From Piromyces finnis finn (lineage: Eukaryota > Fungi > Neocallimastigomycota): 64,000 nt of DNA. The stretch's first letter is position 1. Every line of letters begins with the position of its first letter. The translations under genes and the position numbers were made by a program. The stretch is taken from NCBI GenBank assembly GCA_002104945.1, contig MCFH01000002.1, positions 310,001-374,000 on the forward strand, given 5' to 3'. Positions 34,804 through 54,800 of this stretch are shown in pieces. The notes below the pieces were generated by a model. It was not told the DNA's origin. It did not search any database and was given only the letters and a program-made list of their open reading frames with translations.

Positions 34804-35587
34804 AATACTCAAAATACTTTTGTTACAAAATTATATTCTTTTTTAAATTATATTTACTTTTTTTTATATTAGGATTATTAAAATAGAAACTTTATTATTT
34901 GGTTTTTTGAGTTAATTACTTTAATTAAATTCTTTTTTTTTTTTTTTACAATTTTTTTTAAATTGAATAATTAATATAAAAATAAAAATATATATCACAA
35001 TTTCATAATTTTATTTTTATTTTTTTTTTAAAGATTAAATATATTAACGACATTTTATATTTATACCTTTTTATAGAATTGGATAATAGTTTTTAATAGC
35101 ATTAAATTATATTATACCATTAAACATCATATCACTTTTTTTTTTTTTTTTTGTAGATAAAAAAGTTGTTAAGTAATATTGTTATATATATTTTTATTGT
35201 TTAATTTATTATCTATAGTGCTACTGTATTATTGTATATCTTTAAATTTCAATGTTTTTTTTTTATGTTATTGGTGCTGGTGGTGGTTAAAATCTTGCTT
35301 GCATTAACCACTACTCTACTATAAAAATGAACTAAACTAAAAAAAGGAAAAAAAAAACTTAACAAAATGAATGGTAACATTTTTCTATTTATATATTAAT
35401 TTCTTTTTTTTATTTTTAGTAAAAATTTTAATATTTTAATATTATCTATTATATGATAATAATATATTATAATATATTATATTTAATTAAAAATAAATTA
35501 AATTTTATAATTTTTTTTTTAATTTCCGAGTGTATTAAAGGAATAAAAGAATAAAATGATGTATATCAAATGATTAATTCTAGTGAT

Positions 35588-36119
35588 GTCGTTCCAGTTT
35601 TTATCCTGGTTGTTAAGGCGTTTCCTTAGCATATATAAGGCTTCTGGTTCGACCCCGCAGATGTCAGTGCCTGTGGATTTTCCCACTGGGTTTGCCATGG
35701 GTTGGGTTATGATATTCAGGTAAGTATAAATGAACTTTCTAATTTACTACTATGATAATAACACTCGTCTAGCCGGCCTGAGAGGGTCTAGTGTACATGG
35801 TACATTCCAAATTAGAACTTAATAAGTGGTGACTTAGGCTATGCCAAAAACACATAATATTCCTTAATCAATTTAAGTGTAAACATTAGGGGGCGGTTGA
35901 CACGTGATCAAATTGACTATAAGAGGCTTAGCATTGTAGTTGTGAAATATCGTACAACGACATGCATCTAATGTACATGGATTAAGTGAGCGTCGAAGCT
36001 GAAGAAACAGTATGACAGACCAGGAGGGTCACAACCACCTAGCAATAGGAATGAGCCAACGTTTCTCTAAGAACCACCATTGGAGCTAACTCTGATCGAT
36101 GGGAGAAATGCACTCGGAA

Positions 36120-36149
<30 letters not shown>
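35588..36149 (+). mobile_element. tRNA-derived SINE, copy 2 (535 bp body plus ~27-nt poly(A); 12-bp TSD)
   Basis: Same 5' end (GTCGTTCCAG) and 3' end (CACTCGGAAGTT plus poly(A)) as copy 1. B box at 35646-35656. TSD AATTCTAGTGAT at 35576-35587 and 36148-36159. By eye it differs from copy 1 by one C/T substitution and a 55-bp segment (35809-35863). Confidence 0.87.
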
Positions 36150-36150
<1 letters not shown>

Positions 36151-36935
36151 TCTAGTGATGGTGGTGATGGTGATGGTGATGGTGGTGGTAGTAATATAAT
36201 TTTCTAATAAATAATATTTTATCATAAAAAATAATTATAATAAAAAATGTTTTGATTTTTTTTAATATTTTATTAAAACAATTTCTATTTAAAAAAAGGT
36301 TATTAAAAAAATAAGCAAACAGAATGAATATAAAAAAAGTATTAATTATTATCTTTTTTCTTTTTTTTACTTGTCACTTTTTTTTTTTTTTTTTGATTTA
36401 ATTTATTAATGGGATAAATTTAATATAAAATTTTTTAATTAAAAAAAAAAAAATTTAAGAAATTTCGATAAAATTTAAAGATACAAAATGAGTCAACAAA
36501 TAAAAAAAAATTTAATTTTACCTTTTCTAAAAAAAAAAAAGGTTTTTATTAATAATAAAAAAAAGGTTCATTTTCAAATAGGAAAAAATGTTTTTTTTTT
36601 ATCATTTCTATAAATATAAAAGAAAAAAAAAGGAATAATATTTATTTTTTATTATTTCAATAGTTATATTTAATAATTAGTTATTTTTATTGTTTTCTTT
36701 TATTCAAAAAAAAAAACTTTTGGGTATAAAAAAAAAATTCAAATTATTTTATATATATAGAAAATAAAAAAAAAATAGTAAATATCTATAGAATATAGCT
36801 GTAAAAGAGAGATAAAATTGTAATATGCTTATTACTTTTTTTATGATTATTTACATAAATTTTATAAAAATCTTCTATTTATATAAATATTGTAAAACAG
36901 AATAGGGATCACTTGAAAAGTGGTGTTATTTTTTG

Positions 36936-36982
36936 ATAATTATAATTATAATTATAATTATTAAACATTACAAACTATTATC

Positions 36983-37015
<33 letters not shown>

Positions 37016-37055
37016 CTATTATTATTATTATTATTATTATCTATTATTATTATTA
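36936..37055. repeat. Compound (ATAATT)n/(ATT)n microsatellite
   Basis: Interrupted ATT runs just 3' of the C2-MUN gene stop codon. Confidence 0.8.
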
Positions 37056-37139
37056 TTATTTCATCATTGTTTTTTATTATTTTATATTAACTATATATGT
37101 ATATATCAACTTTCTATAATTTAAATGGTTCTTTTTATC

Positions 37140-43343
<6,204 letters not shown>

Positions 43344-45487
43344 TTTTCTTTAAAAAAAAAAAAAAGATAGATATCTATTTATTTAAAAAATTATTTACTT
43401 ATTTCAAAATTGTCTACCAAAATTTAAAATTGTTTTGAATTTTTGTTTGTTATTATATTAACATTTAATATTATATTTAATGCTTTGTTCTTATTCTTTT
43501 TTTATTATATTTTTTTTTTCCTTTTTTTCGTTTTTGAAATTTGTAATTTTGTAATTTATATTTTTATTTTATTTTATTTTATTTTTATTTTGAAACTTAA
43601 ATTTTATTTATTTTATTTCGATAATGTTGTTTTATTGTTTATTTTTTATTATTAATTTCTTTTTTTTTGTTTAGTATATTGATATTGTCTTTTGCTAATT
43701 AAAAAAAAAAAAGGTTTGTAATAATACTCTATTAACTATAGTGAATTGTATAGATATACTAAATTCATATTTTCTTGAAGTATTATGGTTGAATGTATTA
43801 TATTATTTTTAATACTTTCCAAAATATTTAATGTAATAAAAATAATATAAAGAATGAGTTTTCTTTTTTTTTTTTTTAGTTCAGATTTATATCTATCTAA
43901 ATTAAAATTTAAACTCTTAGCAACACAATGACTAATGAAAAAAAAAAATATTTTTTTTTTAAAAAAAGAAAAGAAATTGAAATTTTGATTTTTTGTTATA
44001 TTTTAATTTCTTTTGCTGCTAAATATAAAAAACTTAATTTATTAATAAAATTTAATTAAAAATTAAACATTTGAATTTTTATTTAAAATTAAAAAAAATT
44101 GAAACCATTAATTAATTAATGATATTTATTTATTTATATATTATTCATTCATTTACTTAGTTATATCCTTTTTTTACTTTTTAACATATTTATTTAATTA
44201 TTTACATTGACTTTATTCATTTACTTTAAAAAAAAAATAAAAACTTTAATTCTTATGATTTTTGACTTTTTTTGTATTATTCTTATAATTTAATTAATAA
44301 CCAAATTTAACATTATTTCCTATCCATAATTAATTCTTCTGATTTTAATTTACATAAATTAAATTCAAAAAATAAACAATCTTAATTAATAATAAAACCA
44401 ATTTTTATTATTTCAAAAGTATTCCATAGTCATAAAGTAAAAAAGTAACAAATATTATGATATATTTTTTTTTATTTAAAGTTTTATAATTTCTTTTTTA
44501 CTTAATGATATTTTACTTATTTCTACCAATAATATCACGAATTCAGGTTTAAGAATATTAAATTGAAAAGAATAATTTCAATATATTTTATATAATCATC
44601 ATTAATTATTTTATATATAAAAAATGTAGTGGCAATTATTGTCTTTTTTTTTTTTGAAATTGTGGCATTAAAACTAGGTTGAAAAAACTTTGGATTATTC
44701 ATTCATTTACTTAGTTATTCATTTATCTATTTAGTTATATTATTTAGTTATTTATTTAAATATTATTAATTGCTTTCACCCAAATTAATTATTACTTAGC
44801 ATTATTAATAATAACATATATATATCATTTAGTTAAATTCATCTTTCTATTATATTCATATATTTTAAATGTATTGTTACTTAACGCTAATTACATTGAA
44901 GAGAATATTTCATTTATTAATTTATTATTAATTATAACAATAATAATAACAATAGTAATAAATGTTACCCATAAGTAACAAAAAAAAAGTTTATTCATAT
45001 TTTTTATAATAGATCAGTTTTTATTAGTTTATTAATTATTATAAAAATATTTTTTAAAATAAAATATGATAGATAGAATAGATATTTTTTATTTCTTTAT
45101 CATTATACATATTACAATAAAAAAAAATATTAAAATATCTATAATTATTTAATTTTTAATACCAATGATAAATGATATACTATATTTTTTAAGAAATATA
45201 TATAAATAAAAGATATTATAAAAATAAAAAGCTTAATTTTAATTATCATTAAATTATGTAATGCTTTTATTTAAAAAATCTTACCAATATTAAGTTCATT
45301 ATTGAAATGACTTTAATATTTGATTGTTTCTTTTATTAATACCTGAAAATAATCAGTTAAATAATGTTAAGTTCTATATTTTATACAATATCATTTAGAA
45401 ATGACAAATACAATATTTTAATTAAAACAACTTTAATATATAAATATTATATTTCTTTTAAACATAATAAAAAGAAAAAAAGTAATT

Positions 45488-45488
45488 A

Positions 45489-45526
<38 letters not shown>

Positions 45527-45532
45527 ATTAAT

Positions 45533-45564
<32 letters not shown>

Positions 45565-45568
45565 ATTA

Positions 45569-45617
<49 letters not shown>

Positions 45618-45715
45618 ATTATTATGCTTATTATTATTATGTTTATTATTATTATTATTATTATTAATTATTATTATGTTTATTATTATTATTATTATTA
45701 TTATTATTGTTATTA

Positions 45716-45770
<55 letters not shown>

Positions 45771-45790
45771 ATTATTATTATTGTTATTAA
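45488..45790. repeat. Long compound (ATT)n array, about 300 bp, with periodic ATTA/ATGTTT/GTT interruptions
   Basis: Direct reading of 45488-45790. Confidence 0.9.
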
Positions 45791-46648
45791 TTTTTTTTTT
45801 TTTATGATATTTAATAAACTATTATTTTCATAATTAAATTATATGAAATTTATAATATATAATTAAATTCTAATGTTACTAAGAATTAAATAAAGTTTAG
45901 AAAGAAAAATATATAAAATGTTAAAATAGAAAAATTAAAAAATAATTATATTCTTATAATGATGATATTCTTTTTAAATAGTGGATAGTTTAGATAAAAT
46001 GAAGAAAGTATAAGAAGTTATTATATAAAAATGACAAAGCCTTTTTTTCTTTAAATTTAATTAATAATAAAGTCTTGATAGAAAAAAGGTGTTTTTTTTT
46101 TTTTTTGAAAAGTTGAAACGGTTTGGCTTATAGATTTTTATTAATTTTAAGAATAATTATGAAAATATTGAGATTAAATAAAATTATAGGTAATTGTTTC
46201 TTGAAAAAAAATAGAAATTAATGGTTCATAAATTAATGATTTAATATTTATCCTTGATTTTGATCGGTTCGAAAAAAATCCAGGATGGAGATTCAATCAA
46301 AGTAGATATTTATCATTATTGATATTAATAGTATTTTATGTTATATTTTTTTTTATAAATATACAATGTAATGACTCTTTTAAACATATATTAAAAAAAA
46401 AAAAATCATATATATAAAGAATGCTTTTCTCCAATAAAATATGGATAATATGAATACACATATTTAATATTTAGTAGTAACAAAAGCAACAATAATAATA
46501 AGATCATTTTTTTTTTTGAATTATTTCTTTTCTTTTCTTTTATTTTACTTGGCTTTATTAATACTTCTTTTTTTATATAAGTAATGTAATTTAGATAAAC
46601 ATTATATTTTATATAATAATTAAATAACTCTATTTTTTTTATTATTGA

Positions 46649-46683
<35 letters not shown>

Positions 46684-46767
46684 TTACTGTTCTTAAAATT
46701 ATATTATATATTTTTAATTTTATAATTCTTTTTTTTTCTTTTTTTTTTTTTTAAAAAAAAATATCAT

Positions 46768-48119
46768 TTAAATATCTTTTTCATCTTTCCATTTTAAAAA
46801 GTTTGATTCGTAGTTTGAGAAACAACAGAATTCATTGGATAAACCACCACGATGTAATGGTTCAAAAGTGGTTGTTTTGCAGTTTAATATACGTTTAATT
46901 AATTCAGTTTGAACACGACCTGGAATTTTATTGATAGGAAAAAATAAAGTTTAAATGTATTTTACACATATATATATTATTATATATTTTTGTTAATACA
47001 AAGGTTTAAAATATATTATTTCTTTATTTTAAAAAAATTATTATATTATTTTTTTTTTTAAACTTACCGGTACAAGCAATAATTTTACCGTTTTCTTTAA
47101 GAATCCAACGAGTAGTCATACTAGCTTTGACTAAACATTCTTCACTTAAAAATGGTGGATCCATAACAACAACATCGAATTTATTCTTTAAAGTTCTTTT
47201 ATCTTTATCTTCTGATTCCTTTTCTGGTAAGTATGTAAATTTAAGTGGTGATTTGTAATCGTAAAATACAAATTCTGGTCCATATACATTGAATCTTTCA
47301 TCAAATTCAAAAACAACAACATTTCTTTTTGGAACTGGTCTTAAAGACTAATATTTTAATATTTGTTATAATGTTGAATATAATATTGAATGTAATTTTT
47401 AATAATTTTTTTAAATAAAAAAAATAATTAGATAAATTTAATAATTATACAACAACAACAGTTTCTTTTTTTCTTTTTTCTTTTTATTCTTCGTTTTTGT
47501 TACCTTGTATTTTACGAAAACTGAAGGACTACAGAGACAAGCAATCCAACCATTTTCTGGTGAAGCATCAATAGCTTCTTGAATTAATTTTAATTGTGTA
47601 TCATCATCATACTAATTTAATGACAAAAATAATAAATTCATTTAAAAATATTTTATTAATTTTCAATATATCACCTAAATTATTATTATAATATTACTTT
47701 ATTTCGAGGTAGATATTATATTGACAAGTATTAAAAATTTCTGCTTACCCAAAATTGACTTAATCTTTATTATAATTTTGAATGTTGTATTATATAAATT
47801 TAATTATCAATTTATTTTGAAATTAAAATATTATATATATTATTATTTTTTTTAGTTGGTAAATTATTAATATTATATAAATAAAGTTCTTTCATATAAG
47901 ATTTAAAATTTATATTTACTGCCAATCTTCTTTGAAATCTTCCATAGAAATTTTTATGTCTTCAGCTTCTTCTTCATTTTCATTTTGAATATCGTCAAAA
48001 CGCTTTTCAGATAATTGCTTTAATTTTTCGAATTTATCTTGTTGTTCTTGTTGTTCAGCAAGAAATTGTTGAAGAGCTAATAATGTACTATCAGATAATC
48101 TTAAATCGTCGTCTTCCAT
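46768..48119 (-). CDS. EFM5: eEF1A lysine N-methyltransferase (Efm5/EEF1AKMT1/N6AMT2 family), multi-exon
   Basis: MEDDDLRLSDSTLLALQQF...FKEDWQ splices to LSQFW via a 16-nt microexon (47749-47764). Later exons give IACLCSPSVF, VVFEFDERFNVYGPEFVFYDY, DVVMVDPPFLSEECL, IIACTG, and TTFEPLHRGGLSNEFCCFSNYE...KDI*. The EDWQLSQFWY, DPPF and LSNEF motifs are diagnostic. The ORF track start at 48203 is probably too far upstream. Confidence 0.92.
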
Positions 48120-48491
48120 TTTTATTTTATTTGAATTGTATTTTAAAAAAATTCTAATTTTTAAAAAAATATATAAAGTCTTTAATAATTTAATTTTAAC
48201 CAATCATGTTCAATATTTAATTATAAAAAAGCTTAAAAGATGGTATTGGTAAACATAAAAGAATTTTTAAGGAATTAGAGGGTAAAAATAGTAGCTGAAA
48301 TAGAATTTAAAAGTAAATTTTAACAAAATAAAAAAAAAAAAAAAAATAAATCAAATAAAAAATAAAATTAAAATAAAGTAATAATAAATAATAATAAAAA
48401 AGGAAAGAAAAGAGTTATTATTATTTTATTTTTTGATTTATTTAATAGGAAAAAATATATATATTATACTTATAAAAAGAAAGATAATAAA

Positions 48492-49310
48492 ATGAGCGGT
48501 TTTAAACCATTTAAAGTTTTAAAGGATTATTCAAAACAACACCCTTTTCAATTTTATTCAATTCTTTGTGTAGTATCTGCAACTGCATATGGTGAATTTA
48601 AATTTCGTTCAATGCGTCGCAAAGAATTATTAATGGGTAAAAATGATGAACCAACAGCTAAAAATGAATATGAACAATATTTAATTTCTCAGAAAAAAAA
48701 GCAAGAAAATCAATTAAGTTTAGACGAAGAAAGAAATAAATTAAAAAATATAATTAATGGTACAAGTAATATCGAAGAAAAAGAAGAGAAGAAAGAAACC
48801 ATTTTAAATAATACAAAAGAAAAATTAAATCAATTAAAGAATGATGTTATATCAAAAAAAGAAAAAATAGAAAATGATGAAAAGGTAAAAAATGCCAAAA
48901 AAGGATTTACTGATGGTATTAAAAAACTTAAAGATAACTCAAAAAAAATAACTAATAAAATTAGTACTGAAAAGTTAACTTCAAAAATAGGAAGAAAGAA
49001 GTCTGATTCAACAAAGTCAACACCTGTAGTTGCAGACGATTCAACACCTTCCAACTTAAATGATAAAATAGAAAATAACAAAGTTGAACCAAAAAATACC
49101 AATACGTTCTTCCATAATGGAAATGAAAAGTTTAGAGATTATCTCCAAAAATTCAATACTAAAAAAGAAGAAAATACTATTTTTAATAAGTACAATAATT
49201 CAACAGAAGATAAGGACAACAGTAGTAATTATATTGATGACGAAATTTATGAAGATAATAATCCTGAAAGAACAATATTTTTATATGATAATTCAAAAAA
49301 TAACTATTAA
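48492..49310 (+). CDS. Hypothetical protein (272 aa) with a short N-terminal hydrophobic segment and a K/E/N-rich coiled-coil or disordered body
   Basis: Single long ORF starting AAAATG, with coding-like composition, divergent from EFM5. Hydrophobic stretch FQFYSILCVVSATAYG. No recognised family. Confidence 0.7.
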   Translation: MSGFKPFKVLKDYSKQHPFQFYSILCVVSATAYGEFKFRSMRRKELLMGKNDEPTAKNEYEQYLISQKKKQENQLSLDEERNKLKNIINGTSNIEEKEEKKETILNNTKEKLNQLKNDVISKKEKIENDEKVKNAKKGFTDGIKKLKDNSKKITNKISTEKLTSKIGRKKSDSTKSTPVVADDSTPSNLNDKIENNKVEPKNTNTFFHNGNEKFRDYLQKFNTKKEENTIFNKYNNSTEDKDNSSNYIDDEIYEDNNPERTIFLYDNSKNNY

Positions 49311-49944
49311 ACTATTATTAATATATGAATATACTTAATAACAATAATAAATAACCAATCTTTTATCTGATGTATAAAAATAAAAAAGATAATGTTTAAG
49401 CATCATCATTATAATGAAATAATAGCATATATATTTTAAAAACAAACAAACAAACAATATTTATAATTAATAATATTGTTTTTTATTTTTCTTTTTTCTT
49501 TTCTTTTTTCTTTCATCATAATAGTTATTTAATTCATTCATTCATTCATTTAAAAATAGAAATTAATAATCAAATTATACCTTTGAAAAAATAATAATAA
49601 TGATAAATTATTTATTAATAAACTTTTAATAAAATATTTGATAACAAATACTACTTTTAAAAATAGTAAATTTTATTAATAAATACAATTAAAAGGGAAA
49701 AAGAATTACTGAATATATATAGTTCTATTTATTTATTTATTATAAATTTTTAAGTTATCGTTGTATTTAAGTTAATGAAAACTATTTTAATAGATATTAT
49801 TCTGCTTTTATTTACATGTGTTTGATAAAAAATATATAATAGATTTGTGTATAATGTATATATATATATATATATTTTATATAAAATGAAAAAAAAAAAA
49901 AAAAGGATGAAATTTAAAAGAATAAAAAAGATATAAACAATTAT

Positions 49945-51854
49945 TTATTTACTTGAACTTTCATTGTTGCCATTATCATCATCATTATCATTAGGATTAC
50001 TTTTATTTATTAAATTTAAAAGCTGATAGGTGACCGAGTTTAATTTTGGAGTAACAACATAGAAAAAGGCATCAGTTTTAAAATTGTTTGAAATTAAATT
50101 ATATTCACTGCTAGAATCACTGATGGAAGAAGTAGTATTGAGAATCGAAGGAAAATCAATTTCATTTGAATATTTATTAAATGATTTACGAATATCAATA
50201 AGTTCATCTAAGTATGGAACATCATGATAATTTAAATAACTACCAATAAAATTAAAATCTCTATCGGATAAGGGTATGTTGTTATTATCTATATCCGTTG
50301 TTCGCAATAAAATGAAACTTTTTAATTTTTCTTCAAAATTTGGAATAACTTTACATATCATATATTTATAGCTTTCATCGTACGATAAGGTACTTTGAAT
50401 CTTTCCATATTCTTTATCTCCATTATTAATAAAGCTGTCACTAATATCTTCATTAATTTTACTATTTATAAAAAATAAATCTAATTGAAGATAAATTTGT
50501 GATAAAAGACTAGCTTCATTATAATGTCTTGTGTTATTTTGTAAATAACGGGCATCTAATTAATTTTAATATAAAATAATAATGTTATTATTTTTAATAT
50601 GTATAATAGATAATTAATTATAATCATTTAATAAGTATTATTTACCACTTGTAATTGTGTTAATGATATTAAAATAATAGGCTATAATTAATTTTAAATT
50701 CCAGAGATAATAGACTGATCCTTTTTCATAGAAATCATTATGGATAATATTCACCGAAGAATAGACATGTAACAAATTTAATTTATCTGTGGAAATACAT
50801 TTATAAAGAATGGTTGAGAAAAAGTCGGATATTCTCTTGCTTTCATCATTAATCATCTTAATCATTTCCTTATCTTCCTTATTATCAATAGGCAATTCAT
50901 AATAACTACATATAATTTTAGCAAATGCTGTAATAATTGGATCTTCTGTAAATGAAGATAAGAAATCTTTAAAGATATTTTGCTTTTGACTATTCTTTTT
51001 ATACTTTGTTGACATTAAGTTTGAAAACGTTCTACACAATATACTTTTATTTCCTTTTGGATCCTAAATAAGAGAGAGTAATATTAAAAAAATTATTGAT
51101 TAATTAATAAATATGTATAAAATATTATTTAATAAATAATTCTACTTTTTTTTTTTTTTTTTTTTTAAAGAAAAACTTACCTTATTATAATCTAAATGCC
51201 CACTTTTTCTATTTACTATAATAGTCTGTGTTTCTTTTATTCTATCTAGATGTTTTGGGTTTTCTAAGAAATTCAATGTAATAGGCCAATATCTTGGGTT
51301 TTCTATTTTTATAGATTTTATCATATCAAATTCTGGAAGGATACAGGGAGTAACCATCTTAATATCTTGTGTAGGTGTATCATTATTAACATGTTTAATA
51401 TCATATCTTGTTATATTATCATATACAGTAACTGTAATTGGAACAGGGCAAATATTTTTATCATTAATATTTCTTGTAACTAAACAACGACGTTCAACAG
51501 CTAATGCCCATAAATGTCTGAATGCTTGTAAATGAGATCGATTATCAATTACAGTTGTTGGGTATTTTGGATATAATGAGCATATTAATGCGGCAATAGC
51601 TTTATTGGATGTTCCTAATGTATATGTACCACCACCTAAAAAGAGGAAACCAATAGCCATATGACATGCCATATGACTACCATATCCAATATCTGATGAA
51701 ACTTTACCATGTAATTTTCTTAATTTTCTTAGTAAACCTAAATTTCCTGAACCTGCCATTAATACACTTAATGAAACAGCCACAACATCTAAACATGATC
51801 TTGCAATGGTCTTATTTAACTTTTCAGAATAAGTATTTGCTAAATTTGAAATTT

Positions 51855-51896
<42 letters not shown>

Positions 51897-54800
51897 GTTA
51901 TAAAAGCATAAATATTTTATATATAAATTTTTTTAAAATTTAATATTTCAACACAAAACTATTACAATTTTTTTTTTTTACCTAATGAATTAGAATAGGT
52001 CATTAATAAATCGAAATATTTCATTAATGAATTATACGCAATTTGATTAGCTGATCCGGCGAATCTTAATGAAATAGCAAAACAAGCACCTGCAATTATA
52101 TTGAAATAGGCTTGTTTAATGGAAGGTGTCATGAGTTTTTCATTATGATTATTTTGATCCAGAATATCTCTAATAAACTCTGGAAGTTGAGAATAGATCC
52201 ATTCTTCTGTTGGTTCAATAAAGTCCCACATAATAATATTTTTAGATAAAACCAATAAAAGTAAGTAGTCTGCACGAACAGAATCCAATGAAAAGTTCTT
52301 GTTTGGAAGATCTAGATAGGATGCTATCATACTATTATTAGTTTTTAAATACATTAATCCAAGAGCAATAATAGCTGAACTTGATGGTGAACGACTTTTA
52401 ATAAATAATCGAAGTTTATTTGGAATATCTAGATCAGCAAGACATACCGAATCATCACCTTTTCCTAATGTGATTAAACCTAATGAAAAACCAGCTGTTA
52501 AAGAATATGATTCACTAACAGCATTATTATTCAATTTATTTTGTGATTCAAATACTTTTTCAATTTCCCCTAACATAACCTCTGCCATTCTTCTATGACA
52601 TGAACCAATATATAGCCAACCAATACCCATGATGCATGCAATTCTAGTATTAATTGGCATATTTGTTTCTGTTGATTGAGGTGGTAATAATGCTGGTATA
52701 TGAATAGATAATAATCTGGTAACTACAAGATCCATTGTTCCAATATTAGCTACTGATAAACCTAAAAGTAATCCTATCGATGTCATCAAATGTTTTTCTG
52801 TTAGGTATACAAAAGAATTCCAAGTTACCATTTTTTTTAGATGACCGTTCAATCCTAAAGCTAATAATAAGCCCGCATGTTGATTATTTAATTCCTCTGG
52901 TCGATTATATAAAATCCATGAACTATCAACTTCATTGTAATCTGTAATAATTTGTAAACCAGCTGCTACACCATCATGGAAATCAGGCCATTCCATTAGA
53001 TCAGGTGGTACAGGTGGTAAATTAGGATTACTTTCAATTAATTGATTTATATCAAGAATGGTATTAAGTGGAAAGATTTTAATTGTAATATCAATACCAG
53101 GAATAGGATATTTTTTATTTGAAACTGGATATACAGTCCCATAATTAAAAATACCTCTACCAACAGGTAATGCTAATGTTCTAGAAGAAAAAGCTTGTAA
53201 CAAAATATATTGTTCTGTATCATTAATTCTAATATTAAATATTTATAAAATAAAATTATTATAAATATATATTTATTATTAATTAAAAATATAATATTTT
53301 CAATAAAATTTATTTATTTAATAAACTTTATAAATAATAATAAATAATAATAATAGTATACCCTAAATCTGAATTATTTTCGATATAATGTTGAACTGGT
53401 TCAGATGATTGTAATAATTTACTAACTTTTTCAATACGATTATCTTTATTAAATTTCATATTTATAATTTCTGATCGAGGTAAATTAATAGCTTTGGTAT
53501 CATCTTCTTTTTTTGAAGTTTCAACGCAAATATTGTGTATATCATTATTATTAATCTTTTATAAATAATAATATTAATATTGCTATTTTAAGAATTTATT
53601 TTATTATTATTATTATTAACTTACATTATTCTGTAATATCGGAATATTTTCTTGTATTTGAACACTTTGAATTCCGTAATACTGTTCAGCTAAATCTTTT
53701 CTATCTACATAATAGTAATAATAATAAAAGTGAATATTAATTACATAGAATTTATATAATGTATGAATACATACTAATTAATATATATGCTTCAGGCGGC
53801 CAATTATTTGGTGGTGATTTTCTATAAGCTTCAAGTTTTCCCATAATATTTAACATCATTCCAACAGGTAAACATTGAATTTCTTTAAAATAAAACTTAT
53901 CTTTTACCATTTCCAAAATCATTTTTTCCGAGTCCAAAATTAGTAATCTAAAATATTTTGTTATTCTATAGGTTTGTTTGCAAGTATCATGGGTTTTTAA
54001 CTTTTGATGAATGCATTTTTCTGTTTTAAATATAACTGGAATATCAAATATTGATGGATAAGAATTCATGTTTTTATTCTTAACTAATTCATATGTCCAT
54101 TTAAATATTGATGGAGGATGCTTCATAATATACTTTACATCTTCATTCTTTTCAATTTCTTCATTAATTAATTCTAATGATTTTGCTAAATTAATAATAT
54201 TGAAAAAAATATATATTATTAATTAGTTAATTTAATATTAATATCTATAATTATAATTATTATTTACTTACATTTTAATTTATATAATTTCTTTTGAAAA
54301 TTAATTCCTTCTCTTAAGTAATATTCATAATATGTTTGCCATTCAATGCAACATGATAAATGACATAAAAAGAAACCCAATGATCTTAAATGCTTTCTAT
54401 TTATTAAATTTAGTTTTAAATCTTCATAAACCAAATGAAGGGTATACAATATTATAGGTAACCTTTGTGTTAGATCAATATTATTATCTTTAATTTTTGA
54501 ATGAAATATTTTTGATTTTTCATAAAATAAATGGTATTTATAAAATTGGCTTGTTAATGGAGTTGGTTTAATAGTATTATTATTTTTCATTTTTGAATTC
54601 TGTTCTAAATCATTTTCTTTCATTTTTTTTTCATCACATACTGTCTTTGTAAATAATTTCATGTAAGGTTGTTTTTTATTATCATAATGATAGGACGATA
54701 TTATCATTGATTCAAAACTATTATTTTTTATTTCATTTATTTTTTCTGATGCAATTTGCTTTTTTCTGTATTTATTAATACTTGGTTGAAACAATGCAAA

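Noticed and set aside
46262-46298. GGTTCGAA B-box-like word
   Set aside because: There is no A box, cloverleaf, tail or TSD, so there is too little to call a tRNA or SINE remnant.
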